Assembly (NCBI GenBank): GCA_016929435.1
Contig: JAFGIV010000026.1
Span: 30,097 to 94,096 of the forward strand
Origin: Candidatus Uhrbacteria bacterium
Lineage (GTDB): Bacteria > Patescibacteriota > Patescibacteriia > SG8-24
DNA length: 64,000 nt
Direction of reading: 5' to 3'
Part shown: positions 1 through 10,541 of the stretch, in pieces
Layout: the number at the start of each line of letters is the position of its first letter
How positions within the stretch are numbered: position 1 is the first letter of the stretch
Program-made: the position numbers and the translations under genes
Notes under the pieces: model-generated
The model's input: the letters and a program-made list of their open reading frames with translations, nothing else
What the model was told of the DNA's origin: nothing
Database searches by the model: none

Positions 1-44
1 TCCGAAGGGAGACGAATCTCTTTTTCGCTTAACGAACAAGAAAA

Positions 45-1103
45 ATGTTCAGTAAACTTTTAAATAGGTTTTCAAGCGAGTTGGGTATTGACCTGGGAAC
101 GGCCAATACCATGGTTTACTGTAAGGGAAAGGGGACGGTGATCAACGAGCCGTCCGTCGTGGCACTGAACGGTCGGACCGGACAGATCGTTGCCGTTGGC
201 CATGCGGCCAAGGAGATGATAGGCAAGACCCCGGGCCACATCTCCACCGTTCGGCCGCTGGTTTCCGGCATCATTTCCGATTTTGAGGTGACCGAAAAGA
301 TGCTCCGCTATTTCATAGAGAAAATCCACCGCGATTCCTTCCTGTTCACTCCCCGCCCGCGGGTGGTGATCGGCGTGCCGCTTGACCTGACCGAGGTGGA
401 AAGAAAGGCCGTGGAGGATGCGACCCTGAACGCCGGGGCCAGGGAGGTCTTCCTGGTTGAGGAACCAATGGCCTCCGCCATCGGTGCCCGATTGCCGATC
501 ACCGAACCGGTCGGGAACATGGTGGTCGATGTCGGCGGCGGCACGACCGAGATCGCCGTCATTTCCCTGGGGGGAATCGTTACCTGGAAATCCCTGCCGA
601 TCGCCGGCGATATCCTGAACAAGAACATCGTTCAGTTTGCCAGGGACAGCTTTAACCTCCTGCTTGGGGAAAGGGTTGCGGAACAGATAAAGATCCGCAT
701 CGGGTCGGCCTCGTCCCTGGACGAGCCGCTGCAGATGGAGATGCGCGGGAGGGACATGATTTCCGGCCTGCCGAAGGAGATAATCGTCAACGACGGACAG
801 ATACGGACCTCCATGGAGCGCTCGGTCCGAACGATCGTCGAAAGCATCAAGTCCGTCCTGGAGGTGACGCCGCCGGAACTGGTGGCGGACATATACGAGA
901 GGGGGATCGTCCTGACCGGCGGCGGTGCCCTGCTGAAGGGGTTGGATAGGGTCATTTCCAGGGCAACGGAGATTCCCGTCCGGATCGCCGATGACCCCCT
1001 GACCGGCGTGGTTCGGGGAACGGGAATGATCCTGGACGACGCCGATCTCCTGAACGACATTGCCCTCCCGTCCTCCTCGGATGAGAGTGGGGACAAGCGA
1101 TAG
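45..1103 (+). CDS. mreB: Rod shape-determining actin homolog MreB
   Basis: Actin-fold N-terminus (IDLGTANT), DxGGGTT phosphate-2 motif, full-length similarity to MreB. Followed by mreC and mreD. Confidence 0.93.
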   Translation: MFSKLLNRFSSELGIDLGTANTMVYCKGKGTVINEPSVVALNGRTGQIVAVGHAAKEMIGKTPGHISTVRPLVSGIISDFEVTEKMLRYFIEKIHRDSFLFTPRPRVVIGVPLDLTEVERKAVEDATLNAGAREVFLVEEPMASAIGARLPITEPVGNMVVDVGGGTTEIAVISLGGIVTWKSLPIAGDILNKNIVQFARDSFNLLLGERVAEQIKIRIGSASSLDEPLQMEMRGRDMISGLPKEIIVNDGQIRTSMERSVRTIVESIKSVLEVTPPELVADIYERGIVLTGGGALLKGLDRVISRATEIPVRIADDPLTGVVRGTGMILDDADLLNDIALPSSSDESGDKR

Positions 1104-1112
1104 CCCCCTGCC

Positions 1113-1916
1113 GTGTCCCGTCGCCCGGACAGAACGCGATCCCTCGTCCTGACAGCGATAGCGGCCGCTATCGGGCTGTCCCTTTTGGGTTTTTTCGGCA
1201 TTTCCGGAGGCCTGATCCAGAAACTGTCCGTTCGTTTGGCGAAACCCCTTCATGCGATCGGTTCGGCGGCGGCCGGAATCGCCGGTAGGGGCGACTGTGC
1301 GGTTGAGGAGTCGCTGCATAGGCAGGTAGAGTCCCTGACCATAGAGAATTCCCGCCTGAAGGCCCTGGTCCCGGAAAACGAGGCCCTTAAGGCCCTGTTG
1401 GGATTTTCCGAATCCGTCGGCGACCTTTCGGTTGCCGCTCGGGTGGTGTACGAGTATAACGACGGCATTTCCCGGAGTTTCGTGATCGACTGCGGACGGA
1501 ACGACGGCCTGGCGGTCGGGCAACCGGTCGTGGCCGGCGATGGGGTGATTGTCGGAAAGGTCAGTTCCGTGCGGCCGGAAGCCGCCACGGTCATGCCCCT
1601 GGCCGATTCCCGAAGCCGGCTGGCGGTCACGGTCCAGAACAGCCAGGATACCCTGGGAGTCCTGGAGGGCGATCGGGGATTGGGTGTCTCCATGCGACTG
1701 GTGCCGCAGACCGAGACGTTGGCGGTCGGGGATACCGTCATCACTTCCGGTTTGGAGGAGGGCATTCGACGGGGGCTGACCGTCGGTACGATCGACGGGG
1801 TGGACCGCGTGCCGCAGGAACCTTTCCAGTCGGCGTCCGTAGCCCAATTTTCCGCCTGGAGACACCCGCTTTTCGTGTCAGTGCTGGTCAGCGGGGAAAG
1901 GGGGGGTGACGAGTGA
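1113..1916 (+). CDS. mreC: Rod shape-determining protein MreC
   Basis: N-terminal TM segment, coiled-coil segment (ENSRLKALVPENEALKALL) and C-terminal beta domain (GDTVITSGLEEG). Sits directly after mreB. Confidence 0.8.
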   Translation: MSRRPDRTRSLVLTAIAAAIGLSLLGFFGISGGLIQKLSVRLAKPLHAIGSAAAGIAGRGDCAVEESLHRQVESLTIENSRLKALVPENEALKALLGFSESVGDLSVAARVVYEYNDGISRSFVIDCGRNDGLAVGQPVVAGDGVIVGKVSSVRPEAATVMPLADSRSRLAVTVQNSQDTLGVLEGDRGLGVSMRLVPQTETLAVGDTVITSGLEEGIRRGLTVGTIDGVDRVPQEPFQSASVAQFSAWRHPLFVSVLVSGERGGDE

Positions 1917-2458
1917 TGGGGTTACCCGTTCGCCTGGTTGCCGTTGCGGTCGTGGCCGGGTTTCTGGCCGTGTCTTTCGGTGCGTTTGTCAGCGCCTGGC
2001 CGGCACCGTTCGGCCGTCTTGACGTCGGCCTGATCCTGTCCTGCGGTTTGGTGGCAATGTTTCGGCCGACCGAGGCGATGGTTTCGGCCGTATCGGCGGG
2101 TTTGGCCCTGGATGCGATAGGCGCCTCGGTTCCCGGACTGCATCTCCTGACCGGCTTGATGGCGGTTTTTCTGGCCGATACGGTCTTTCGGCGATTTTTG
2201 GCGAATCTTTCCTGGCCGTCTTTCGTGACCCTGAACGCCCTTGCCTTCGTCTTTCGGGAAGCGGCGGTCGGGGCGGTTTCGGCCGTTGGGATTCGCCTGT
2301 CCGGGTTCGTTCCGGCCGTATCCGTCGGGGAGTGGTTCGGCGGCCTGCTGTCCGCCTCTGCCGTCCAGGCCGCAGTTGCCCTCCTGCTGTTGGGGGCGTT
2401 CCGGAGCCTGTCCGCCTGGTTTAACCGTCGCTACCTATATTCCAGAAATGTCCACTGA
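1913..2458 (+). CDS. mreD: MreD-like polytopic membrane protein
   Basis: About 180 aa multi-TM protein. Its start overlaps the mreC stop, the canonical mreBCD position. Confidence 0.55.
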   Translation: MMGLPVRLVAVAVVAGFLAVSFGAFVSAWPAPFGRLDVGLILSCGLVAMFRPTEAMVSAVSAGLALDAIGASVPGLHLLTGLMAVFLADTVFRRFLANLSWPSFVTLNALAFVFREAAVGAVSAVGIRLSGFVPAVSVGEWFGGLLSASAVQAAVALLLLGAFRSLSAWFNRRYLYSRNVH

Positions 2459-4532
2459 ACGATTCGGCCAAAACGATCGGCATGACCGCCTGTTCGTCTC
2501 CCTGGAGGACGGGTCGGGTTTGGGTTCGGTCAATGTCGCCCGGACGGGAATAATCGGCGACGTTCCGGAAGGGGACGGCCAGGACAGCGATTTTTCCCCT
2601 TCCTGGAACTACCTCGGCCTGGCGGTTAGCCGACGGCGGATCACGGTTTTTTTTGCCGTTATTGCCGTGGGATTGATTTTGGCCGCTGCCCGGGTGTTCC
2701 AGATGCAGGTACTGGAGGGAAGTGAATACAGCCGTCGGGCCGAAGGCAATCGCATCAGGACGGAGCTTGTCCCTTCTGAACGGGGGGTGATTTACGACCG
2801 TAACGGCCGGGAACTGGTCCGTAACATTCCGCGATTTGACCTGGCGGTCGTGCCGAACGACCTGCCTTCCTCCGAGCGGGAACGACGGCAGGTGATCCTG
2901 CGGCTTTCGGAGATAACCGGTCTTGGGCCGGTGGAGCTGGAGGACAGAATGGCGGCTGCCGGAGAAACGTACGGAAATCCCGTCACGGTATCCGAGGACC
3001 TGACCCATAGGCAGGCCGTGTTGGTTTCCATTGAGGGATCAAGGGTCGGTGCCGTCCGTTTGGTCATCGGAACCCGCCGGTTCTATGCGGATACGGACGC
3101 CGTACCGTCCCTTTCCCACCTCCTCGGCTATACCGGACGTGTCGATGGCCAGGACGCAAAACTGCTGCCCAAACGGTCCTTGGCCGATGACCGCATCGGG
3201 AAGACGGGCCTGGAGCGGTTCTATGAGGCTGATCTTCGGGGGGAATACGGCCAACGGTTGGTGGAGGTAGATGCCCTGGGGCGGAACGAGGGGATCGTTT
3301 CCGAGGAGGATGGGCATCCGGGAAAGAGCCTCGTCCTGTCCCTTGACCTGGAGGCCCAGGAAGCGGCGGAGGCTTTTTTGCGGGAGGCACTGGAGACCGT
3401 TGGGGCCGAACGCGGCAGCGTGGTCGTCATGAACCCCAAGGACGGTGGAATAGTCGCCATGGTCAGTTGGCCGGCCTTTGACGCCAACCTGTTTTCCCTC
3501 GGAATTTCCCAGGAGGATTACGTTGCCCTGAAGACCGACACCAATACGCCGCTTTTCAACAGGGCAATTGCAGCCTCCCTTCCGTCCGGATCCACCTTCA
3601 AGCCGGTCGTGGCGGCCGCTGCCCTGGAGGAAGGGACGGTGACGAAAAATACCACGGTGATGTCCGTGGGCGGCATCAGCATCGGCCAGTGGAGGTTTCC
3701 GGACTGGAAGGCCGGCGGTCACGGGTTAACGGAAGTCACCAAGGCAATTGCCGAATCGGTCAATACCTATTTTTACGCCATTGGTGGGGGGTGGGGCGGC
3801 ATAGAGGGTTTGGGGGTGGAGAGGATCGTCGACTACGCCGGCCGGTTCGGGTTCGGGAAGGAGACGGGGGTGGACCTGCCCGGGGAAAACGACGGGCTGC
3901 TGCCGTCCAAGGAGTGGAAAGAGGTGATGAAGGGGGAGCCTTGGTACATAGGCGATACCTATCACCTTTCCATAGGCCAGGGGGACCTGCTGGTCACGCC
4001 CCTGCAGGTCGCCGCCATGACCGCGGTCTTCGCCAACGGCGGAAGGTTGGTCAGTCCCAGAATGGTGACGGCCCTAATAGGCGAAAACGGGGACCGACGG
4101 GAAATCCCCCCGAAGATTCGTGACGGTCAGGTGGTTGGGGAGGCGAGCCTGGACATTGTCAGGCAGGGGATGCGCCGGACCGTTACCGACGGCAGCGCCC
4201 GGTCCTTTTCCTGGCTTCCGGTTGAGGTGGCCGCCAAGACCGGTACGGCCCAATGGAACCGCAACCGCCGGACGCATGCCTGGTTCACCTCATTTGCCCC
4301 ATACGACGACCCGGAGCTGGTGGTGACCGTGATCGTTGAGGAGGGCGGCGATGGTTCCGCGGCTGCCGCTCCGGTCGCCAGGCGGTTTTACGAATGGTGG
4401 TATTCCGGACGGCCGCCGATCGGGGATTTTGGGCAGCCGGTTCCGGAATTGCATGCTGGGGAGGACGGGAACGGGGACGTTCCCGATCTTGAGCAGCAGC
4501 CGACCGGGGACGGGGACCTGACGGGCGAATGA
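2448..4532 (+). CDS. mrdA: Penicillin-binding protein 2 (peptidoglycan D,D-transpeptidase)
   Basis: TM anchor, PBP dimerisation domain, transpeptidase motifs STFK (SxxK), SVN and KTGTA. The internal ATG at 2448 is preferred over the track start 2241, which would overlap mreD out of frame. Confidence 0.85.
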   Translation: MSTERFGQNDRHDRLFVSLEDGSGLGSVNVARTGIIGDVPEGDGQDSDFSPSWNYLGLAVSRRRITVFFAVIAVGLILAAARVFQMQVLEGSEYSRRAEGNRIRTELVPSERGVIYDRNGRELVRNIPRFDLAVVPNDLPSSERERRQVILRLSEITGLGPVELEDRMAAAGETYGNPVTVSEDLTHRQAVLVSIEGSRVGAVRLVIGTRRFYADTDAVPSLSHLLGYTGRVDGQDAKLLPKRSLADDRIGKTGLERFYEADLRGEYGQRLVEVDALGRNEGIVSEEDGHPGKSLVLSLDLEAQEAAEAFLREALETVGAERGSVVVMNPKDGGIVAMVSWPAFDANLFSLGISQEDYVALKTDTNTPLFNRAIAASLPSGSTFKPVVAAAALEEGTVTKNTTVMSVGGISIGQWRFPDWKAGGHGLTEVTKAIAESVNTYFYAIGGGWGGIEGLGVERIVDYAGRFGFGKETGVDLPGENDGLLPSKEWKEVMKGEPWYIGDTYHLSIGQGDLLVTPLQVAAMTAVFANGGRLVSPRMVTALIGENGDRREIPPKIRDGQVVGEASLDIVRQGMRRTVTDGSARSFSWLPVEVAAKTGTAQWNRNRRTHAWFTSFAPYDDPELVVTVIVEEGGDGSAAAAPVARRFYEWWYSGRPPIGDFGQPVPELHAGEDGNGDVPDLEQQPTGDGDLTGE

Positions 4533-4625
4533 CCTGCCGGCGCAGTTGCCTTTACGTTCCCGGAACCATATAATTGGACGGTAGGACGGCCTGGCGCTAC
4601 GGCCGATACCCTGTTTTCATTTGAT

Positions 4626-6128
4626 ATGACCTTGAACGAAACGGACACAAGCCCAATCGAGGAGAGATCCACCCGGATTGGCCGCCTGCACGAGATCAGG
4701 GAGGCGGGGCTCGATCCCTACCCGTCATCTTCCGGGGGTTTTAGCCACTCCATCGGGGACGTTCGGTCCAAATTCGATTTTTTAATGGAATCGGGATCGG
4801 AAGTAACGACCGTCGGCCGACTAAAGGCGGTTCGGGGGCATGGCGGAGCCTGCTTTGCCGATCTGGAGGACTCCGGGCACCGTCTTCAGCTGCACCTGAA
4901 GGTCGACGTCTTGGGATCCGAAAAATACGGTCTTTTCACCGAAAGGATCGACCACGGGGATTTTTTGAGGGTGACCGGAAAATGTTTCGTCACCAAACGG
5001 GGGGAGAATTCCCTTGAGGTGTCGGACCTGCGGCTCCTGTCCAAGGCCCTTCGGCCCCTGCCGGCCAAGTGGCACGGGCTGACTGACGTGGAGGTCCGTT
5101 ACCGAAAGCGGTACCTGGACCTTATTGTCAACCCTCAAGTCCGGGACATTTTCGTAAAACGGAGCCTGATCGTCCGGACCATCCGCGATTTTTTCCACAG
5201 TGAGGGTTTCATGGAAGTGGAGACGCCGGTCCTGCAGCCCCTTTACGGTGGGGCGAACGCCACCCCGTTCGTGACCCGCCACAATGCCCTGGACATGGAC
5301 CTTTACCTGCGGATCGCCCCGGAGCTTTATTTGAAGCGCCTGGTGGTCGGCGGATTCAACCGCGTCTTTGAGATCGGACGCTGTTTCCGCAATGAGGGCA
5401 TTGACCACATGCACAATCCGGAATTCACCCAGGTGGAGTTCTACCAGGCCTACGCCGACTACCGTGACCTGATGGACCTGATGGAACGGCTGTTGCCCGA
5501 CCTGGCGATGGGTGTCTGCGGCCGGCTCCAGGTTGGGTATGAGGGGGAAACGGTTGACTTTACGCCGCCCTACCCCCGAGTTACCTTCCGTGACCTGCTG
5601 ATTCAACACGGCCAGTTCGATATCGAGGACTATCCGGATCGTCCGTCTTTGGCCAAGGCGGCCGAGGAGAGGGGGGTAAGGGTGGCGGACAGCGATGACC
5701 GCGGAAAAATCATGGATAACGTCTACAAGAAACTGGTCAGGCCCAATGTCCTTAACCCGGTCTTCATGACTGACGAACCGGTGGAGCTGTCCCCGTTGGC
5801 CAAAAAGAAAAAGGACGACCCCCGCTATGTCGAGCGTTTCCACCTGATTTTGGGGCGGGGAAACGAGCTGTGCAACGCCTTTTCCGAACTGAACGATCCG
5901 ATTGACCAAAGGGAACGGTTTGCCCAACAGGAAAGATCGCACCAGGCCGGCGATACGGAAGCCCAACGCATGGACACGGATTTCATTGAGGCCCTGGAGA
6001 CCGGAATGCCGCCGACCGCCGGATGCGGCATGGGAATAGACAGGCTGACCGCCATACTGACCGATTCCCACAGCCTGAAGGAGGTCATACTGTTCCCGAC
6101 CATGAAACCGGATACGGGAAAGGATTGA
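4626..6128 (+). CDS. lysS: Lysyl-tRNA synthetase, class II
   Basis: OB-fold anticodon-binding N-terminus plus class II core motifs (FRNEG, GMGIDRL). Confidence 0.9.
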   Translation: MTLNETDTSPIEERSTRIGRLHEIREAGLDPYPSSSGGFSHSIGDVRSKFDFLMESGSEVTTVGRLKAVRGHGGACFADLEDSGHRLQLHLKVDVLGSEKYGLFTERIDHGDFLRVTGKCFVTKRGENSLEVSDLRLLSKALRPLPAKWHGLTDVEVRYRKRYLDLIVNPQVRDIFVKRSLIVRTIRDFFHSEGFMEVETPVLQPLYGGANATPFVTRHNALDMDLYLRIAPELYLKRLVVGGFNRVFEIGRCFRNEGIDHMHNPEFTQVEFYQAYADYRDLMDLMERLLPDLAMGVCGRLQVGYEGETVDFTPPYPRVTFRDLLIQHGQFDIEDYPDRPSLAKAAEERGVRVADSDDRGKIMDNVYKKLVRPNVLNPVFMTDEPVELSPLAKKKKDDPRYVERFHLILGRGNELCNAFSELNDPIDQRERFAQQERSHQAGDTEAQRMDTDFIEALETGMPPTAGCGMGIDRLTAILTDSHSLKEVILFPTMKPDTGKD

Positions 6129-6237
6129 AAAAATTAAGGTCATATCCAAGACAACCCATCCGGTTCGGGGCATCCGAACGGCGGCCTGACAAACGGCCGC
6201 CTTATCGGCCCGCCCCTCACCGCATGACATCAAGCCT

Positions 6238-7506
6238 ATGATAGACATCAAGTTCGTCAGGGAAAATCCGGAAGCCGTCAGGGCCGGTCTGGCCGCCAAG
6301 CGGGTTACGGTCGATGTTGACCGTCTCCTGGCCGTCGATGCCGAAAGGCGCGCCAAGATCACCGATTTCGAGCAGCTGCGCGCCAAACAGAACCGGGAAT
6401 CGGAAGCCGTGGCCAAGGAGAGGGATGCCGCCGCCCGACAGGAGAAAATCGTAGCCCTGAAGGCCGTCAAGGATGACCTGAAGGCCCTGGAGCCGGAGAT
6501 CGGTTCCCTGACCGCCGAATACGACACCCTCATGCGGTCCATTCCGAACCTGCCGCGTCCGGATGTCCGGGTCGGCCGCGACGATTCGGAAAACTATACG
6601 ATTCGGACCTTCGGGGAACCGCCCCGGTTTGATTTCGAGGCCAGGGATTACATGACCTTGGGGGAAAGCCTGGACATCATCGATGTCGAACGGGCCGGAA
6701 AGACCTCAGGGTCGCGGTTCGGTTTCCTGAAGGGCGACGGGGCCCGCCTGGAATTCGCCCTGGTTCAGTACGCCCTGGAAAAGCTGATCGGCGACGGCTT
6801 CACGCCGATCGTCCCGCCGGTCATGATCAACGAACGGTCGATGTCGGCCATGGGCTACATGGATCGCGGTCGGGACGAAATCTATAGGGTGGAAGGGGAG
6901 GACCTCTACCTGGTCGGTACTTCCGAGCAGGTCATGGGGGCCATGCATATCGACGAGACCTTTCAGGAAAACGAGTTGCCGCGCCGCTATGTCGGCTTCT
7001 CCACCTGTTTCCGGAAGGAGGCCGGTTCCTACGGGAAGGATGTCCGGGGCATCCTGCGCGTCCACCAGTTCGATAAGCTGGAAATGTTTTCCTATACCGT
7101 ACCGGAAGGTTCCGATGCCGAACACGAACGCATCCTGGCCACGGAAGAGGGCCTGATGCAGGGATTGAACCTGCCGTATCGGGTCCTGGGGATCGTTTCC
7201 GGTGACTTGGGCGATCCGGCGGCCCGTAAGTTCGACATCGAGACCTGGGTGCCGTCCCAGAACACCTACCGGGAAACCCATTCCTGCTCGACATGCACCG
7301 ATTGGCAGGCCCGACGGCTCAATGTCCGTGTCCGGCGAAACAACGGGGAGATGCAGTTCTGCCACACCCTGAACGGCACGGCCTTCGCCGTCGGTCGGAC
7401 AATCATCGCCATCCTGGAAAACTACCAGCGGGCGGACGGATCTGTCGCCATTCCGGAGGTCCTGCGGCCCTACATGGGCGGGAAAACCGCCATTACCAAG
7501 CGATGA
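6238..7506 (+). CDS. serS: Seryl-tRNA synthetase
   Basis: N-terminal coiled-coil tRNA-binding arm plus class II catalytic domain (TCFRKEAGS, GLNLPYRV). Confidence 0.9.
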   Translation: MIDIKFVRENPEAVRAGLAAKRVTVDVDRLLAVDAERRAKITDFEQLRAKQNRESEAVAKERDAAARQEKIVALKAVKDDLKALEPEIGSLTAEYDTLMRSIPNLPRPDVRVGRDDSENYTIRTFGEPPRFDFEARDYMTLGESLDIIDVERAGKTSGSRFGFLKGDGARLEFALVQYALEKLIGDGFTPIVPPVMINERSMSAMGYMDRGRDEIYRVEGEDLYLVGTSEQVMGAMHIDETFQENELPRRYVGFSTCFRKEAGSYGKDVRGILRVHQFDKLEMFSYTVPEGSDAEHERILATEEGLMQGLNLPYRVLGIVSGDLGDPAARKFDIETWVPSQNTYRETHSCSTCTDWQARRLNVRVRRNNGEMQFCHTLNGTAFAVGRTIIAILENYQRADGSVAIPEVLRPYMGGKTAITKR

Positions 7507-7590
7507 CGGGCGGAACGAAAAAGATGTTGCCAATCGATCCCCAATACCGTTATACCGTTCATGCGGCCAGGAAAATCCGCACCTGTTTCG

Positions 7591-7599
7591 TGGTATAAT
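7591..7599 (+). promoter_or_regulatory. Extended -10 element (TGgTATAAT) 5 nt upstream of the ATG at 7604; possible leaderless transcript
   Basis: The sequence tggtataat sits immediately before the start codon; no room for an SD. Confidence 0.3.
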
Positions 7600-7603
7600 C
7601 TAA

Positions 7604-8650
7604 ATGATGTTCAGCCGAAACAAAAAGAGACCCCCTTTTTCCGTGGCCAGGCACTCCCGCCGCATTCCGGCCATCCGTCGCCGGTCGGGCAACCCGTACT
7701 TCAACCGTTCCCGCCGGTCTGTTGGCCCGGAGCTTCCGAGCCTGCGGACGGTATCTTTGGCGGCCGGATGGGTCATCGGGCTGGCTGTTTTTTACTACCT
7801 GATTTGGGGGTCGCCTTTTGCGATACGGGAAATCGGGATAACGGGAGCGTCCCCGGACACGGAACGGTCGATCCGCAGGATAATCGACGAGCAACTGGAG
7901 GGGGGCGGGATCTTTCCGTCCCGCAACATCGTTTTTTTCGATGAGGACAGGGCCATCAGCCGCATCGGTCAGGATTTTCTTCTGGAAAGCCTGGATATCA
8001 GGAAGACACTTCCCGGTTCGCTGGCCATGACGGTAACGGAAAAAACCGTTCGGGGTGCCCTTTTGGCTGACGGCCGTTTTCTTGGCCTGGACGGATCCGG
8101 GTTCGTGGTTCGGGAACTGACCGACGGCGAAGCCGCATCCCTCGGGCCGTTGCCGCCGGAATACGAGCAGGTGCTGGCACCGGAACTGGGGGCGGAAACG
8201 GCGTTCGTCAGCGACGCCGAAGCGGTAGGGGAAGGACAGGACGAAAAGGAATCGGGCACCCCTACCGAAAACAGGCCGTCATTGCCCCTGATATTGCTTG
8301 ACCCCACCCCCAACGACAAGGGAACGGTCCAGGTCGGAGGCCATCCGGTTCCCGCCCCGGTCATGTCCCTGATAACCGTCGCTTTCGAAAAAATGGCGGT
8401 ACGCGTCGGCGAGTCTCCGATTCGTTTTGTCAGCCGCGGACCGGATACCGAATCAGCGGAAATGCTGATGGAAAGCGGCTGGAAGGCGTATTTCGGATCA
8501 GACCAGCCGTTTGATTCCCAGATCGACCGGCTGGTCATGATCCTGCGGGATAAGGTCGGGGAAAGGCGGCCGGAGCTGGAATACGTGGATTTGCGTTATG
8601 GGGAAAGGATATTCTTTAAGTTTCGCGACGCGGATTCGGGATCAGGATAG
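7604..8650 (+). CDS. FtsQ/DivIB-like membrane protein with POTRA domain
   Basis: Basic cytoplasmic N-terminus, a single TM helix, then a POTRA-like segment (IREIGITGASPDTERSIRRIIDEQL) and a beta-rich C-terminus. Confidence 0.45.
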   Translation: MMFSRNKKRPPFSVARHSRRIPAIRRRSGNPYFNRSRRSVGPELPSLRTVSLAAGWVIGLAVFYYLIWGSPFAIREIGITGASPDTERSIRRIIDEQLEGGGIFPSRNIVFFDEDRAISRIGQDFLLESLDIRKTLPGSLAMTVTEKTVRGALLADGRFLGLDGSGFVVRELTDGEAASLGPLPPEYEQVLAPELGAETAFVSDAEAVGEGQDEKESGTPTENRPSLPLILLDPTPNDKGTVQVGGHPVPAPVMSLITVAFEKMAVRVGESPIRFVSRGPDTESAEMLMESGWKAYFGSDQPFDSQIDRLVMILRDKVGERRPELEYVDLRYGERIFFKFRDADSGSG

Positions 8651-8760
8651 CCCAATGGCGTCTTTAGGAAGGCCCGACGGTGTGCGTGCACCGTTTTTTG
8701 GTTCGTATCCGTATTTATGAGGTTATCGCTACGGGGAAAATTACGGAACCACCAAATCAT

Positions 8761-10539
8761 ATGTCGATCAAGTCGTTTTTTGGCCTGGTTAGGGCCCATA
8801 AAATCATATCCCTTCTCATCCTGGCGGGGTTGGTTTGGGGCGGTCTGTCCCTAAGGGGCCGGCTGGTCCCGGAACGGGAGACCGTTTCCTATTCCACCCA
8901 GGCCGTTGAGACCAATACCATTATCATGAGCGTTTCCGGTACCGGACAGATTGCCAACGTGGAACAGGTTGACCTGAAACCCGGCACCTCCGAAACCGTC
9001 ACCCAAGTCAACGTCTCAAACGGCCAGTCGGTCAGGGCCGGAGCCGTTTTGGTTCGTTTGGACGCCAGCGACGTGGCCGAAGGCATCCAGGATGCGGAAA
9101 CCGCCCTGGAAACCGCCAAACTGCAGCTGGAAAGGCTCATGGAGCCGGCGGACGAATACGACATGCTTCAGGCTCAAAATTCCGTCATTCAGGCCAAGGA
9201 ATCGGAATCCGAGGCTGTGATAAGCCTGGGTACCGCCTATGACGATGCCTACGGCGACGTGACGGACGCCTTTCTTTCCCTTCCGAACACCATGTCCAGC
9301 CTGGTCGGGATAATCAACGACAGCGACATCAACGGCTATCAGGCGGACATTGACGCCTACTCCGACATTGCCTACCGTTATGACGATTCCGTTGACTGGA
9401 TAAGGCAATCCGTTCGGGCGGCCTATGACCTGGCGCGGGCGGATTATGACCTGTCCTATGCGGATTACAAGCGATCCGGAAGCGATGCGGACCGCGAAAC
9501 GATCGAACGGCTGCTCGACGAAACCCTGAAGGCGGCCGAGGGAATTTCCGTGACCGCCAAGGAAATGAAGAACCTTATCGATTTCGTTGAGGACATACTG
9601 ACGGTCCGCAACTATCCCGCCCCCCGAACCACCGAATCCGACCAGGAGGCCCTGAACGGACTGATATCATCCCTCAATTCCATGACCCGCAGCCTGAAGG
9701 ACGCCAAATCAACCGTTCGTAGCCGGGCAGACGCCGTCGTTAAGGCCGCTCGAACGGTCGAGGAGCGGGAAATGTCCCTCAATCGCCTGATGGAACCGCC
9801 GGACGAACTGGATATCCGTTCCCAAAGAATAGCCATTCAGCAGAAAGAGAACGCCCTGCGGAAAATAAAGGGCGGCTATTCCGATTACGTGATAACCGCA
9901 CCGTTCGATGGGGTGGTTGCCAACGTTGGGGTCAAGGTGGGGGAGTCGGTCTCGTCCGGCACGGTGGCCGTTACCCTGATTACCGCCCAGAAGGTGGCGG
10001 AAATTTCCCTGAATGAGGTTGACATCACCGGCGTATCCGTCGGCCAGAAAGCCACCATTGAATTCGATTCCATCGACGATTTCAGCATTACGGGAACGGT
10101 CGTGGAAGTGGATGCGATCGGCACCACCTCACAGGGGGTGGTGAGCTACGGCGTAAAGATCAGCCTGGACACCCAGGACGACCGGATAAAGACCGGCATG
10201 AGCGTTTCCGCCGCCATCGTCACCCAGGTCGTTCCCGGTACCCTGACGGTCCCCAATTCGGCGATCAAATCCCAAAACGGCCAGTCTTACGTCGAGATAC
10301 TGGAAAGGGACGGCAGCGGAAAGGACGTGCCTGTCAGGGTTCGGGTGACGGTCGGGACGTCCGATGACGCAAATACGGAAATTTTGGAGGGGCTGGCCGA
10401 AGGGGACATGGTCATAACGAAAACCGTCACTGGTGATGTATCCGGTTCCCAGACGGAAAAAAAATCATCGGGCAGCCTGATGCAGATGATGGGCGGAAGC
10501 GCGGCCGGCGGCCCGCCGGCCGGCGGGATGATGAGATAA
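8761..10539 (+). CDS. HlyD-family periplasmic adaptor (membrane fusion protein) of tripartite ABC efflux system
   Basis: TM anchor, long coiled-coil hairpin, beta-barrel and lipoyl-like domains. Directly precedes the ABC ATPase and FtsX permease. Start taken at the internal ATG (MSIKSFFGL). Confidence 0.7.
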   Translation: MSIKSFFGLVRAHKIISLLILAGLVWGGLSLRGRLVPERETVSYSTQAVETNTIIMSVSGTGQIANVEQVDLKPGTSETVTQVNVSNGQSVRAGAVLVRLDASDVAEGIQDAETALETAKLQLERLMEPADEYDMLQAQNSVIQAKESESEAVISLGTAYDDAYGDVTDAFLSLPNTMSSLVGIINDSDINGYQADIDAYSDIAYRYDDSVDWIRQSVRAAYDLARADYDLSYADYKRSGSDADRETIERLLDETLKAAEGISVTAKEMKNLIDFVEDILTVRNYPAPRTTESDQEALNGLISSLNSMTRSLKDAKSTVRSRADAVVKAARTVEEREMSLNRLMEPPDELDIRSQRIAIQQKENALRKIKGGYSDYVITAPFDGVVANVGVKVGESVSSGTVAVTLITAQKVAEISLNEVDITGVSVGQKATIEFDSIDDFSITGTVVEVDAIGTTSQGVVSYGVKISLDTQDDRIKTGMSVSAAIVTQVVPGTLTVPNSAIKSQNGQSYVEILERDGSGKDVPVRVRVTVGTSDDANTEILEGLAEGDMVITKTVTGDVSGSQTEKKSSGSLMQMMGGSAAGGPPAGGMMR

Positions 10540-10541
10540 GC

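Noticed and set aside
72-1865. 597-aa minus-strand ORF spanning mreB and mreC
   Set aside because: Antisense to two well-supported genes. Arg/Gly/Pro-rich composition typical of spurious open frames in ~60% GC DNA. No motifs.
2241-2447. Upstream extension of the PBP2 ORF (track start 2241)
   Set aside because: It would overlap mreD by ~200 nt in another frame and encodes a Cys/Pro/Gly-rich peptide. The internal ATG at 2448, just before the TM anchor, is the more plausible start.
4821-6542. 573-aa minus-strand ORF antisense to lysS
   Set aside because: Overlaps a confidently identified aminoacyl-tRNA synthetase on the opposite strand. Low-complexity composition.
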